From Perkinsus chesapeaki ATCC PRA-425 (taxonomy: Eukaryota; Protista; Perkinsozoa): 64,000 nucleotides of DNA. The stretch spans positions 32,577-96,576 of the forward strand of contig JAAPAO010000062.1 of assembly GCA_013115145.1 (NCBI GenBank), written 5' to 3'. The notes beneath the pieces are model-generated. The model was given only the letters and a program-made list of their open reading frames with translations, was not told the origin of the DNA and ran no database searches. A program made the position numbers and the translations under genes. Positions 22,276 to 36,256 of the stretch are shown here, piece by piece (within the stretch, counting starts at the first letter, position 1; every line of letters starts with the position of its first letter).

Positions 22276-24619
22276 ATGCGCCATCTTACCAATCTGGTTA
22301 TCTGTGGCCTATCTTCTTCGGTTCCGGTTGATGATTCTATGAACCGAACTGCTAAGGGAGCCAAGCTTCGTCGCTCTGCTGCTTCACCCGGAAACCTCCG
22401 GCCTGCTAGAAGCCTCGCTGAGGAGCGTCCACAGTCATTTTACTACCCGCTCACTTAGGACTTCAGGACTACCGTAGAGATGGATGGTGAATTGGTCTTT
22501 GGGACTATCGATTCTGGCTCAGCCTCTGTAAGGCGCTACATCAAAAACCCTGACCAGGCGGGCTCCAAGTGCTTTGGTGATCGGTGCTTCGCATGTAGGG
22601 TCCAAAGCTGCATGTCCGGTGAAATCTTTGGTGACTCTGTGACTTACGACCCGTTCCAGTTGCAGCCTGCAAACTCCAGGGCCGTTATTCGCATGGAAGA
22701 TGTCAACGAGAGCAATGTGTACGTGCAGAATATTGTTGGTGTTGACTATACTGGCAGCCAACCCCAGTATTTGTCACCTAGTTCCGTTGACACGGCCTTT
22801 GGCCTAGGCTTGCCTGGGTACAGAGGTTTCGAAGCTGAGCTCAATGACTCGTTTATCCGGCAGCTATATGCTTCTCACCTGCTGAAGAATCCTGTACCCA
22901 CTATTGAGCCTGCTCCGTCGCCTTTCACCTCGGGATCGTTGGTCCTTGGTGGGAGTATCGCTCCCGAATTTGAAGAGGGCTCCAATGGTAGGACCTTTGA
23001 GTGGGATACCAGTGCATACGACAAGGATCTCCCTAAGAGCCATTTCAAGGGTAATGCACTGCAGGTGCAGGCCATCGGCTATGATTCCTTCTCTGAAGAC
23101 ATTCATGTCCTTTCTAAGGGCCACGGTGAGTTGCCACCAATTGTGGGGTTCGATTCCTCCGCACCTCTTATTTATGTAAGCGGGGCCGAAATGGAAGATC
23201 GCTATATGTGGGTTACCAACACGCTATTAATAGAGTGCCAAACCTTCTTCACTGAGATGGAGCATGTATACGATGCCGTTGAGGGGTACATCTTACCTTG
23301 CAGTAAGGCTCACTGTTTACCTGATTTCGAGTTCAAGTTCGCGCCCAATAACTACGCAACTGCCAATGAGATCTCTCTCACGGTACCTGGATGGGCAACC
23401 GTTACACCTATCGGGAGTAAATCTCCAGATAGGTGTCGTTGGTTATTTGGTGTACCCAAGAACCGTAAACCGGTGGAGGTGGTCGATAATAGGTTATATA
23501 TGGCACTTGGTCAACCTGCATTCCGTGCGAATAAGCTATTTTTTAATTACTTTCTCCCTGGAGTGATATCCTTCCAACCTCTTAACAAGCCCAAGGATAT
23601 GTATGGTGTCTTTACACTCGCTTTCGACTATGACAGGAGAACTGTGATCACAGTGGATCATCAGAGTATCGAAGTGGTCGCTGATACTGAAGATTACTCC
23701 ATCTATCTTCTCCGTGCCGATGGGGACAGCAGTCCTTGTGACGTTGGGGATGGTTGCTATGAGTGCTCAAAAACCCCCCATCGGTGCCCCGATAAGGCAG
23801 AATATTTCGTCCAGTATTTCACAGGCTATCAAAGAGACTTTTCTCATCTTAGCGATGGCTTTGTGACATTGGGAAGTTCTAAACTGCGCACAAATTTCAA
23901 CCTGGTGCAAAAGGCGAATCTGCTGGTCTCGGAAGGCGGCTTCAGCTCATTTGGACTCAACACCCAAACTGGTAGTTCATTGATATTCGGGAATTCAGAT
24001 CTGCCGTACGAGAACGGTGCTCAGTTCTCTATTTATGATCAGAGAACTCCTACGTCAAAGCTGGGCGTTCTAACTCTTGGTGGCTTTCGTCGACCCGAGC
24101 TTAAACACGATGGAGATACCGTTACAATGCTAGACAATGAACCGGCGTCGTTGGTTCACCAGGAATACCGCGCAGCCACTACCAGAGGCTTCGTTTCAGG
24201 TACAAGGTCGTCAGAGCCGTTCGGTACAACTAATGAGGATTATCGGGAGTTCTTCTTCTGGAGCAAATACCCCCTTATCTATGGGCATGTTGACGTCGTT
24301 ACAGAATTGGTTGATATCCTGGCGACGTATTTCGAGGGGCGCAAGTTCAGTGATGGATTGTCATTTCCGAAAGATGATCTGAAAAGCCTTCCCAGCATTG
24401 CGTTCGTCCTGCCAAGTGTTACCGGTGCTGCGTTTATCTATCTATCCCCGAAGGATTACTCTGCTCCATCGTCTACGCAATGTGACACATACAAGCTACT
24501 TCTGGGCACGCACTCTTATAAAGGATCATCGGTTCTTGGTAAGCCGTTTTTCCCGAACTCATTATATGGAGTTCGACAACATTAAGAAGACCATATACTT
24601 TGCTCCTCTTCATGACTAG
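22276..24619 (+). pseudogene. Disrupted paralog of the double-domain aspartic protease
   Basis: Collinear with 18347-20767, but has TAG at 22456-22458 where the paralog has TAT (PLTYDFRTT) and a +1 frameshift near 24548-24553 before RTHYMEFD...FAPLHD*. Sequencing error cannot be excluded. Confidence 0.75.
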
Positions 24620-25041
24620 ATGATCGTGAGTCATGACTACTGAGTTCTTATCTTTTTTCCGTCGTCTCCCATTATGAGTAGCTGTATAGCTGACGATGTG
24701 GCTAGCTGTCGGTAGTGTCCTCAGGATACTCCTATGGTTAGTGTCATCGTAGTATTTTGTACTTTACGAGCTACATCCGGAGATACTAACCACCACTAAT
24801 TGTTTCAAAATGTCTGTCTTATCCGTAAAATCCAGAAGAAAATCAGTCCTACTATCCCAATATATATTATCAAGTATTAGTAGGATACCTTAATTGTCGA
24901 TTTGGGCAGTAGTCACAAGAATTGCATCGTATTATGGATCTCAAACAATAGAATAACGCAACTGCAAACGAATAGTGCAAGCCTGGTACTTGGCTCTAAT
25001 CGAGAATCTGGATTAAACACAAACCGCGGCCTCTGACGGTA

Positions 25042-26724
25042 TCAATGCCTGGAACAGTGTCTTGCAATAACACCGAACTCATCTGCATGTTTAATATCTT
25101 TCTCGTGCCATATGTCTCGGCAACCGGCCTCCTTAAGTAGGCCATCTAGCTCTTCTAGTTTATCCGCACCTCGGATCACTTTCCCGTCCTCTTCAAACTG
25201 AGCCTTGCCGTAGAATCGGAACTTAACTGTCTTAACTCGTCCGCTCTTCAACAGCTTTGTGGCACCTTTCAGCACATGAAGCTCAGCACCGTTAGTGTGA
25301 ACGACAAGGAGGTCTATCGGGAAGTCGCCGTCAGCCAGCTCAACATCAAGTGTGCTGGAGGGCACTTCCTCAGCAACGGTGCGATCGTTCGAGAAGGGGG
25401 AAGAGCCTAGCAGCGTGCCATGAACGGACGACTCCTCGTAAAGTCCGAAGCTTGCAGTTTGACTGGTTCGGTATTGCTTTGTTGAAACTAATGCCTTTCG
25501 ACTTGCTGTGACATTCACAAAGCCGTTGAGATTTATGCTGGCCTGCATGCATTCAAAGGCTTCCTTCTGAGGCTCGTACGCAATAACTCTCAACGGTCGA
25601 TTGGACTTCGCAAAGAGTGCTGCCGCTGTCAACGCTGCATCTCCGAAATGAGCTCCGACTTCCACGAAGACCACTTCTCTCTCCACACGGGGAGCCAGAT
25701 AAAGCTCCCATACAACTTGCCAGCAAGCCTTCAAGATGAAGGGACCAACATTGCGAGCAATCTGGGCCGCTGTCTCCCGAGTCTGCGGGAGAACCATCAG
25801 AAAGTCAGCATCCCATGGCTCCTCGTAGCCTTGAAAGTTGCCTTCTAGTAGAGCTTTCTCGACAAAACATTTGCAAGTATCTACCGATGCTGGCTCTCTG
25901 CATTTGCAAAATTGTCGGACAACCTTCGGCAAGCCAGCCCGATCTAGTGCACCGAAAATACCCTCGTAAGGGAAGTTATAAATTACAGTGTCCGATCTGC
26001 CAGTGCAGTACCGAACCCAAACGCTGTGGAGATCACCAGCCTGTTTGACTTCGTCAAGGCCGTTCATGTTTACCAACGTGTTACGAATCTCCGAGGCTAG
26101 TGCGAGACACTTCGGCTCAACTGGTGCACTACTGTTGTAACCGTGCTTCGAAATAACAACCTTCTGAAGGCGAGCCAATGCCATAAAGGTGTTCCACTGA
26201 GGCATACTGACACCTTCCGACCAACTAAGGTTCAGCAGAGCTCTGCGCAGCTCACTCCAATAAAAAGGTCGAGACCTACCAGCGACATACTCCCCTTCGA
26301 GCCAGATCGAATACAGAGTGATGCGCCCTAAGTGACTGAAAGGAACTTCGTCGGCGTGTTGAAGGAGCTCCCGGCCAACATCAAATAGGTAGTCTGGTGG
26401 TAGGTAGTAGTTGAGGATCCTCGGCAGCTCTTCGTGAGCAGAAAGACGTGTCAAACGCTCGTTCATATCCTGCCACCAGCTCATTGCATAAAGCACGCCC
26501 GAGCAGCATGCCATGTGAGTTGTGTTGCGACCACGAAAGCAACGGGGAAGGCCTCCACCTCCGAAAAGAGGAACGCAGCACCATTGCTTCTCGGGGATGG
26601 GTATAACACGCACGTTGCACTCGCCGTCGACGCCCGTCGCGGCCAAGTTCGGAACTGCTATAGGCGCACTCTCAACGAGGAGGCATTGAATGAGCACCTC
26701 CCAGCAGAGGTGCCGTAATATCAT
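25042..26724 (-). CDS. FkbM-family (Methyltransf_21) SAM-dependent methyltransferase with signal peptide and Cys-rich N-terminal region
   Basis: FVEVGAHFGDAALTAA, VIAYEPQKEAFECMQASINLNG, TLD, GAELHVLKGA. The likely start is MILRHLCWEVLIQCLLVESA at 26724; the ORF extends upstream to 26868. Confidence 0.8.
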   Translation of the reverse strand: MILRHLCWEVLIQCLLVESAPIAVPNLAATGVDGECNVRVIPIPEKQWCCVPLFGGGGLPRCFRGRNTTHMACCSGVLYAMSWWQDMNERLTRLSAHEELPRILNYYLPPDYLFDVGRELLQHADEVPFSHLGRITLYSIWLEGEYVAGRSRPFYWSELRRALLNLSWSEGVSMPQWNTFMALARLQKVVISKHGYNSSAPVEPKCLALASEIRNTLVNMNGLDEVKQAGDLHSVWVRYCTGRSDTVIYNFPYEGIFGALDRAGLPKVVRQFCKCREPASVDTCKCFVEKALLEGNFQGYEEPWDADFLMVLPQTRETAAQIARNVGPFILKACWQVVWELYLAPRVEREVVFVEVGAHFGDAALTAAALFAKSNRPLRVIAYEPQKEAFECMQASINLNGFVNVTASRKALVSTKQYRTSQTASFGLYEESSVHGTLLGSSPFSNDRTVAEEVPSSTLDVELADGDFPIDLLVVHTNGAELHVLKGATKLLKSGRVKTVKFRFYGKAQFEEDGKVIRGADKLEELDGLLKEAGCRDIWHEKDIKHADEFGVIARHCSRH

Positions 26725-27268
26725 TTCTAACCAAGATCGGAGGAAATAAAAACGAACACGTAAAAGAGGATAAATGAGATGTGTAAGGTTTATGACAATC
26801 CCTATACATACCAAGCCGAGATAACATAGTCCTAACTGAGTAAGACAAACTGTATGTATATCACTCATTTGGATATGTACATCGTAATACTACTTTGTTA
26901 AAGTCAGTAGATGAGCAAATCGGAAACAGTAATGACTCTAGCATCGTGGTGGTGTGGATTTTTTTATCATCATAGCTCAACTTTGGCATACTTATCTTGA
27001 GACACGGTAACGCTCATATCGTAAATGAGCTATATTATAGTAGTATACTCAACATATATACACTGTAAAGTAATGTGTACTGAAACTCGCCGAATACAGA
27101 TCTAGAATCATGTTGGGAAGCTCGTCAAGTTTAACGAAATAATAATAATACCCACGGCTTCCACGGCTTTGATACCAACACTGTGGAGCTTCAAGATGGT
27201 TTCATCAGTTGATACGCTGATTATTAATTCACAACACAGAAACTTCGTCGCTCTACGTGAGAAACCCA

Positions 27269-30200
27269 TCAGACATGGCGATGAAAAAGCTCCGCTCGTG
27301 CAGCGAATTTCCGTTTAATCTCTCTCTGAGCCAACTGAAGTCTTCGTTCCACCTGAAGCATGTGCCTTCTGCCATCGACACTCTTGGAACTGTTCTCTCT
27401 GGCAAGAGCCAAATCCTCCTCCAAGTCGTGGACCTCCATACGGCTGGCCTGAACAGTCAACAGAGCCGACGGAAGCAAACGGTGGCGGTAACGTAGGGGG
27501 ATAGAGAGTATGAATATAAAGAGGTCGCACAGGTACTGCTGAGGACCGTCGGATGGAACAGGCTCCGATCCTGTTCCTACGATCCTGAGAATCGTTTCGC
27601 CGAAAGAAGCCGTAACGCATCCCAAAGCACCGCTGCGGAGTTGGCCGCGAGTTTCGACGGCACGCCTCCCCCACCCTACCAGCTCCTCCAGGTATCCAGC
27701 GAGCGATGGTGGCAACTCTTCTAGATAATCATAACCACTAAAGATTGCCTCGGTGATTCTGGTAGTGAGTTTTGGATCAATCTTTGCTAGAAGTTCAAGT
27801 GCCTGTTCTATCGCATCGATCAGAGACTTCTGAATCTGACAAAATCAAAGCCTTCGCGAAAATCAGACAGCGTGGGGTTCAATATACATAATTGAGCTCA
27901 AATAACTCTTTGTAAAGGCCTAGTGCTGCCTGTCAACAACTACCACCCTTCATTAAGAATTGGTAACGATACAGTACTAATCCAATACATTAACGTTTGC
28001 TTAATTCTCCAACATTTTACCAATAAAGTTTTTGTCGATAAGATGACATTTAATAGCATCCCAAATATTAACATTTTACTAACATTATAATATTATTAAT
28101 TGATAATATCTATCCACGGTTTTCATTAAGTTAGGGCCCACTACCTGCAAACTTCTTATTGCGACTCAGTTACATCTCCAGACTAACAAGATCATTCGAA
28201 GTTGCCAGGCGAACGTATTGAAGAGATCAGGTACAAAGTGTAACAGTGAATGGAGTGTTATATAGTACCAAAGTAGTAAATTTATAGTACTGTATAGTAC
28301 TTATAGTATAGCATATTACTGTATTACTATTACTATAGACGTAGTATAGTACTGAAGTCTTATATAGTAGACCCCGGTAAAACGTGCAGCAGACTGCAGC
28401 ACATTACAGTAGTACAGGTACTCATGTGTCCATCAACTACTGTAGAACTAAGCTAAGAGTGAGTAATGAATACCCATATGAACTACCAGCAATCAACTAC
28501 TCCATTTACAGGACTACCAAGTAAGCCAAAAGTACAAGTCTACCCCAGTCCACCACCGTTCCCCACGGGAACCTCACCGTTCCTTCGCCACATAGAAGGT
28601 TATTATGCTCGGATACTAGAGTCCCTATGCACTGTGCCAGCTGCTCATGCGCAGCATCACTTTCAGATTTCGTTTTCTCTCTGTAACGCTCGAATGCTTC
28701 ATCAACTGTGGCCAGGATGTCACCGGCCTGCGTACCACCAGCAGCCTTTTCCCTGAAATCATTCCGCGGTATCTTGTCAAACTGTCAAATTATCGAGGCA
28801 ACAGTGAATCAAGAATCCCAGGACCAGGGCACACGGAGAGGCCCCTAAGAAGTGTACATTCGGGAGGGGGGCTCTCTGTAACGTAATTTCTCTGCCAACT
28901 TGGAGTACCACTAAAATGGTACCTGCGTCATTAAAATGGATGAATTTGCGGTGATAACTCTAAATGGTGGAATATGAACTTTTTGCTGAATTACTAAATT
29001 TTCTCGGAGAGGTCTAAGCGGGAACTCAGCAAAGAATGTGACCCGCTAGAAGATCCACCTGATGAGTTGTTCAATAACGGATGACTTGGAGCCATTCATA
29101 GCACTGCCTACCACAGCACTCGCCGTCTGCTCGATATCAGGGAAGCAGAGTCTGCAGCAAAGATTACTATTGAACCATGGAAAGAGGTCTCACTGTATTC
29201 GATCAGCAGCCGTGTCCCTTTCTGATTTCTGCAAGCCGTTCGATCTCAGCACTACAGGGTCCATAGACTTCTTGAGAGAAGTCACTGAGGAATTATCACG
29301 TAAAAAGATTGCCTCAAGATTATGGGTAAGAAGTACGATAACGTAGCATGGAATCTTGAGGGTAAAATTTATCAAACTGTTCATGAAGCACAACTCATAA
29401 TCTCTCCACCACTTTCGACCAGGTCGACTGTCTAGGTGAATGACAATAGCTCGTCTGCATTCTTTCGAAAAGGTTTCGCATCGGCATCCATGGATACACA
29501 CCCAATGTTGCCCCAATGCAAGGAAAGCGCAGCTCGCGCTTTTAGGATTCCAGGGCCCCCCGCGGCTGATTGGCAGTCAGCAGCAACTCCTCCACGCCGG
29601 AAACGTCGACAAAGCGACGATTTCGACCCTCACCCCGCAGTAGCTGCTTCCGCTTATCTTGAACATCTTGAAAAGCATTAGTTAATGCCTGAGTAGCAAA
29701 CCACTGCATAGCCATTCAACACATGCGTATTTGAAGATCCATAAGTGATAATAGCATTTCTATACAATTCTATCCGCCTTGCTTTCGCCACTATGACCCC
29801 CAAGCACTGTACATCATCCGACCGACTCGGTGGGGAGCTACCTGATTAGACCAGTTGGATTCGGTCACTTCCGGGGACCCTCGCTTTGCACGTTCCCCGA
29901 CTATCGACACCACTTTCTTCGATAAATCGACTCTCTCGGCACCCAACCTGACTCGACACTCCTCGGCTGCAACCCTACTGTGAAGTGTCGATCCATGGCA
30001 GTTACCTCTTCCGGGCTTCATCCGTATGATCTGATATTTCCTTCACCAGTCTAGCTACTCTCCTACTGTGGCCATCTGACCGAATATTTATGCTCTCCCT
30101 CGACGGTATCAGCTCCGCTATCTCGTTCACCCCTCCGCCGGGCCGTTCAATGCAACCACCCTCTGAGCATAAGGCCTCTAAACGTCTACAGGTATCATAC

Positions 30201-31900
30201 CACACTTTACCCTGTTGCTCGAGCCGGTGCACATCCTTGAGCATATCAGCACCTCCTCGGCAGGTACGTTCCAAATTGGACGCAAAGCCTTCTAGTGCAT
30301 CGGTCAGAGCCCTGAGATGTGCCTTTACAATAATTATTGCGCCACTTAAACCTCCTCGTATTCTACCCCTCGATTTTGTGGAGTGCAGCACAATATTCTT
30401 CCGACAGATGAGTCGTTATAAAATTATCCGACCACAGAGGCTACAGTCTAGAACGTGGTTGCCCTCCCGAAACTTACCCATACCATCGCCACTGGGCCTC
30501 ATGCGCTTGGGACAGGATATTTTGTACCTGACAAAGATGAACTCACGTGGAGTAAAGTGACAGAGGCTAGTTCAAAAAGCACTCCGAATGCCTGCAGATC
30601 ATCAGCAGGCCTAAGATAGGTTTCAGACAAAATCAGTTGTTTATATTATACTTGCTAAGTTCATATAAGCATAACAAGTTTCCTACACTACATTCATACA
30701 GCTGCTATCATAAGGTTCACTATCAACCATTATCGCTAATACAAATCCACACTCTCTCAAGCTCAACGTAGGATAATACTGTATTTCGTCTGCCTGGTGG
30801 CTCACTCAAGTTCAATGGGGAGCATTCTTCCAGCAGGTGACTTGCCTCCGACATCGACAATCTTAAAAGCTCCTGCAGCTCCTCTCGTGCGAACTCATCC
30901 GTTTGCTGGTGATGATGCTGTCTCAAGAATGCCTCCAACGCCTTGTACTAAAACAGGAATGCTCTGGATAAATTAGACATGACCCTACCATGGCCCTCTG
31001 CTGCTCCTCCGCCCACTCATTGCGGCATTTTGTAAGTTCGTTTTCTATTTCCCCAGTGGCTCTCTCCATCGACTCGGAGCATTCGCGATCTACCTGCATC
31101 GAGATCATCATTAGGCCACAATTGAACGATGTACCGCGGACAGTCGGATGCTGAATAAAGGGGAAATAATACGCAGTAAAACTGGGCTGGAAGCTTTGTA
31201 TAGGTTCTCCTGTTTAAGCTGGGGAAGCATGTCAACGATGATGATGACGAATCTCATTCTGATGAACTCATCGCGTGACCGCACTTTTGAACATATCAGT
31301 GAATTGGGTCTCAGACTGGCCACTAGCGGCCAACTGTAAGGCCGATATTACTCTCACTTGCACTTACGACTGAGAACCCATACGATATACCACCGCATAG
31401 TCCACGAAAGCAGTTGTTGCTATATACTACTCACCTCCTCTTTCATTCGAGCGTATTCTTGCTCCAACTCCTTGTCCACCGCTAACCGTTGGCGACGGAT
31501 AATCTCCTGACGCTCCTTTTCCCACAGCTCCATCTCATCTGACTGCACTGCTGATGCAACCGTCATCATACAAAGTTGAAATTAATGCTTAGACAACTAC
31601 TTCACCAACCGGCTCAACTCGGAGATCGATTCGCTACAGAAACGTTCTGCTGGCGGCAACCGACATTCTGTGAGAGGATGAGTGAATCGCCAATGAAGTC
31701 CCGATCGTCGGCCAGCGGCGCGTCATCAGAAACAGCGAAAACTAAAGTGATCGAATCTGATAAGTCGATTCTCCTTCCTGCAATGTCTCGAGGCTTATAG
31801 CCCAGCCTGGTCAGCGACTGATTGAGAGACGCTCACGAACCACGTAACATGCCGACTCACGCTTCCGGCATCATTTGCAAGACTAACTGTCCGTATCAAC
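27269..31900 (-). CDS. Large multi-exon coiled-coil protein, function unknown; boundaries approximate
   Basis: GT-AG-bounded heptad-rich exons, e.g. DEMELWEKERQEIIRRQRLAVDKELEQEYARMKR, ILATVDEAFERYREKTKSESDAAHEQL, MEVHDLEEDLALARENSSK...LQLAQREIKRKF. Confidence 0.5.
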
Positions 31901-33811
31901 TTGAAGCCCGAGTGATACACTGCACGCTCCAGAAACCGACCTGGACGGTTCATCACTTTACTGCGAGGCAGTCGCAAATGTAACTAGCACCGAATGATGA
32001 TAAAGGCCAGAGTCATCCCTAGGCTCCGGGAACTTGCGAGCTACCGAAAGTGTCCCTCAGCTTACTTCACCATTTGGCCGACGCCGTAGTGTAGCTTTCG
32101 CAGCTGCGAAGACTGACAGTAAGTATTGGTTCAACGAGGGAGGCATGCGCCCATCTTCGGGGACAGGGTCCTCTGCCCTTCCACAAACCTCAGATTCCAC
32201 CACTGCTACCCGTGACGACTTCCGCCCACGAAGTGCCGCTGAGGAGAGCGCAAGGTATATCGGTCGACCTCAAAGATATATGAGAATGTCGTAGAATTAC
32301 TAGGAAAGGAGTTGCATGTTCACACGCTAGTATTGTCATAAGCGTAACTTCTTCAAAAAGCCCAATCGATTGGATATATCGCCGCTACCAACCAGACAAG
32401 CAGGTCGAGTCTACGAGAATTACACTTATCGCTCTTTAAGGATTAGTCCTCTACTTCAACTGTGATACAAATGACTAACCAGAGTTGTTATTACATTTAT
32501 CGGAGGCCTTCGCCGGAGCAGGGGATGGGCCACGAAGGATCTTGGGCAGATTGCCATGGGGGAAATTCAAGACCTGCTTTATAGATTTCCAAGTCCTCTC
32601 CGACTGCTCACAATCTTATCGAACTGCCTTCTTCGTAGGACCTCAGCCATCAAGTCACAACCATCACACTGTACAACCGCAACACCAAAGCCGGCCTCCC
32701 ATCGCGTGACCTTCCATCATCCAGCTATCACCAGCGCTACACAACAGCAGCATGCCGCCTACACTGGATGGAGGGAGCTTGGTCAGACTGTTGAGCAGGG
32801 TAATCGATCCACCCGGGATACTCGAGCTGTTGTCAGATAGGAGCAGCCGGCAAAAGGCAAAATCTGGTTGGCTATCATCCACCAGTAAGATGTCCTCGGT
32901 CGAAGTATCATACCTGTCGGGGTGATGCCCTATGCTCACAGACACGCGCGTATCCTTCACGGTGGTGCTCCCCAGATTCCTATTTCTCACGTAACATCTG
33001 CCACTACAGTTCCTGATTTCCGTGTGATGGCCGTCCCTTTTAACCGTTCAAAGTCCGTAGGCGTCTGAAGATAATAACAGCCAATTGAACGACCAGATCG
33101 AACAAAGCATCCTCGACCCTTCGAGATATAAGACTCGGGACTAAGGAACAGCTTCCCGACGAATCTGCGCCCGACCAGGTACTGAGAATTTCGCCAGCGT
33201 GAGATCCAATACGAGCTTCACTTTGGTGTACACAAAACCTCTGCGCGTGAACTCCAACATTGCCCAGTGCGCAGCTGGTCAGCTCTTCGTGCTCTACAGC
33301 ATTTCCAGGTCAAATAATTTTTAATAATTTACCCATTTTTTAAAACGTTACCCATATTTTTAACAAATTGCCCAAACGTTAAATTATATACCCAAATTAA
33401 CTGACAATGGTTTACAGTAGTAACACAGATGTTGTTCAATAGCCTACCTCTCCTGAAATCGAAGAGGGTCCTAGGATTGGATCTAAAATGTGAAAGTTTA
33501 ACTTTATAAGTCTAAGGAGGAGGTAGCCAATTGAACACCCCCATAAAATCGCTACACTCCTCCGGGACCCACCTCACTTCCTAGCGGGAACCGATAAGTC
33601 CAAGTACCGAACCGACACCGCGATGATGATGATGATGCCTTTCGTAATGTGCCACGTTGTCGCGATAATGTTATGAACATTTAAAAAACCAGTCTGCTCG
33701 TAAATATGCCGCTCTCTCCTGTAAAAGCTTGAACGAGAAGTCTGCTGCAAGCCCTCAAATGAAACTAACCGTTATACATGATTATGAATCTCCTCTGCAA
33801 CAACCTGGGAG

Positions 33812-36046
33812 CTACCACTTATGAGGTGTCAGCAGGCTGCCACAGTCAGGCACTGGCCTAAGTCCAACTCCATCTACTTTAGAGCAGCCTATCGGTAGCA
33901 ACTCACCACGAAGGCGTATACAGCCCTATTTTCGCTCCGCACACTCCAATGAGCGACGCAAGTGCAATTCCCGAACCGATCCGCGCCGCATCATACCACC
34001 TAAAATATGAAACTTAAAATAACGTAATTGCAAAAAACAACAGGTGGTGGTGGTGATGGCTTGCTTCTGACCTTGGTTTGTATTGTTCTGGCATGTCGCT
34101 CAGCATGTTTGCTGCTAAGAATCCAGCCAAAGCACCACCTGAATCATGAAAGCATGTGACGTTATTATACACTTAACTTCATCCTTAAGCTCTTACTATT
34201 AATCTATTACACTTTATACAGTCCTCCAAATAAACTTAGAATATTCCGAAATATTATCATAACCCTACAACGGAGTCGAGTTTAACGCCCATTTTCCGAT
34301 ATGTTACCCATGTTATTATGCTTGGGACTCATGTCTCAAAAATGTTACGTGTTAAGTGCATTATCAACTATGAATAATTATTATGAGCAGTCAGGATTTT
34401 ATAAATCATTTACAGATACAATTCCGCGACCAAGCTACGACATAAAATGATGGTGAGCTCTTACCACGGAGAATAAATAGATAAGGCAGAAAAGGATTCA
34501 GGTACAGTACGCGCAATCTAAAGACCCAATAATTGGGTCTTGAGAAAAAGTACCAAAAATTCCCAAAAAAACAAAGTCCGTGGAGTATTTTAACGATGTA
34601 TCCATGTTAGGGAAGTTCCCATGCCGAATTTCAGGTTCATATGACTAGCAGTAGTTAAGAAGTTGAGCCCGCCACACGAAATTGGGTCTTTAGATTGCGC
34701 GTACTGTAATATGAAATAGATATCAGTTGGCGAGCAAATAGATATAATAGATCGATAAGGGTTATCCTCCGTGGTAATTAAAAGACTCTTCTCCCCACTT
34801 CTCACCAAAGTGGCCAAACATGTCGATATTCGGCTGCATGGTCGACATAACAATACACCCAACAGTCACGAATGCTACCCACACCATGGTACGGTCTCGA
34901 TGAGGCCCAAGAACATGCCATGACAGAAACTGAGACAAACAACAAGAGAGTCCGAATATCTGAGCAAAGGGGAGGGAGGTGCTCACAATCTCAGCAAGCC
35001 AAACTCCCACTAGACCGAACCCGGCCGTGGACGCGCCGACTGCTAGCTTGAATGGGTCCACTGCCACTGATATCAGGTTGCCAACTAACCTGACAATGAA
35101 ACAGTAGCAGCAGGCACTACCAAATCGGATCGATGACTTCTACCGAGAGCAATCACAAGTGAGCGTGAATTTCGGCATGTCGATCAACAGTTGTCGGAGG
35201 GCAATTGAAAGCTAATCGCTAGGTAAAGAAGAATACATCTTTTTCACTTAGTATTGTCTTATAACCTACAACTCGCTGCAGGTGGATAGATAGCAGTAAT
35301 ACTGAACTGATCTTCATGTAACGTATTTCATTTCATAATAGGGAATGTAAGGAACAGCCTTCCCACCTACCCGCAGAGTAAATAAAGGCTCATAAACTTC
35401 TTGAATCCAAATTGCCTTTCCATTCCAAATCCCATCCGCAGTTGGAAGAATATATTAAACTGAATAACAACAGCTGCTGCAGCAGCAGCTGACCCGCCTA
35501 CAAGCCATATTACAAACAAATGAAGCATGTTGGCATGCAGGCCCATCGGCGCCAGTAACCTCCACAACCCTCCCCTGCAAAGCACATCAAGCCAACACAG
35601 GCCATCATCATCACCGCCCTACTTGGCAATACTAGGGCCCCAACTGGCTCCCATCAAGTACAGCGTACACGTCGCAGGAGCCCCATTTTGCTGCCCGACC
35701 GCCAGAGACGTAATGAACTCCAAAACCTACCACTACATTTATTCGTCCTCGCTCATTTGCAACCTCGACTCACTTGTAGGCACGATATTCGCCAAATGAA
35801 ACTGCGGGAGTCAAATCCAGGGAAGATCAGCTCCGCAAAGGTCTCGTGGTGCATCATCGGTGGTGGTGCTACATATCTCATCGGACCCAGTCCACCAGGA
35901 GCCATCGAAAGGAGCACCATCTGATGCACCACAACTACTACCGAGTCAACGCCACCCTTGATTCCTACGATTACACCATGGTTGGAATTAATTCCAACTA
36001 AGCGTGTTGGCCACGTTTGGTAAGTTGCAGAAACCCGGCCAAACAA
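33812..36046 (-). CDS. Rhomboid intramembrane serine protease, apicomplexan ROM1/2-like, multi-exon; start uncertain
   Basis: ELIFPGFDSRSFIWRISCLQ, LWRLLAPMGLHANMLHL|FNIFFQLRMGFGMERQFG, catalytic AVGASTAGFGL, NIDMFGHF|GGALAGF, C-terminus PSWPVPDCG...*. Confidence 0.88.
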
Positions 36047-36256
36047 CCGAGGCTGCTGGTCGTGGAAGAGCGTTATACGACTCGATACTTATTTCCGATG
36101 TCTTGCCTCTCCGTACCTCCACGCGTATCATATCCCCCCTAGATAGTGATCACAACACTCCATTTACTTTCAAAGCAATACGACCTCAATAGATTTCCAA
36201 GCATGAAGCATCAGCTGATCATTCATATTACGTATCATTTATTAAAGCGGCCGATA

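Noticed and set aside
24540-24560. Frameshift at TTTTTCCC in protease 2 as programmed frameshifting like that of Perkinsus mitochondrial genes
   Set aside because: This is a nuclear gene that also has an in-frame stop; pseudogenisation or sequencing error is simpler.
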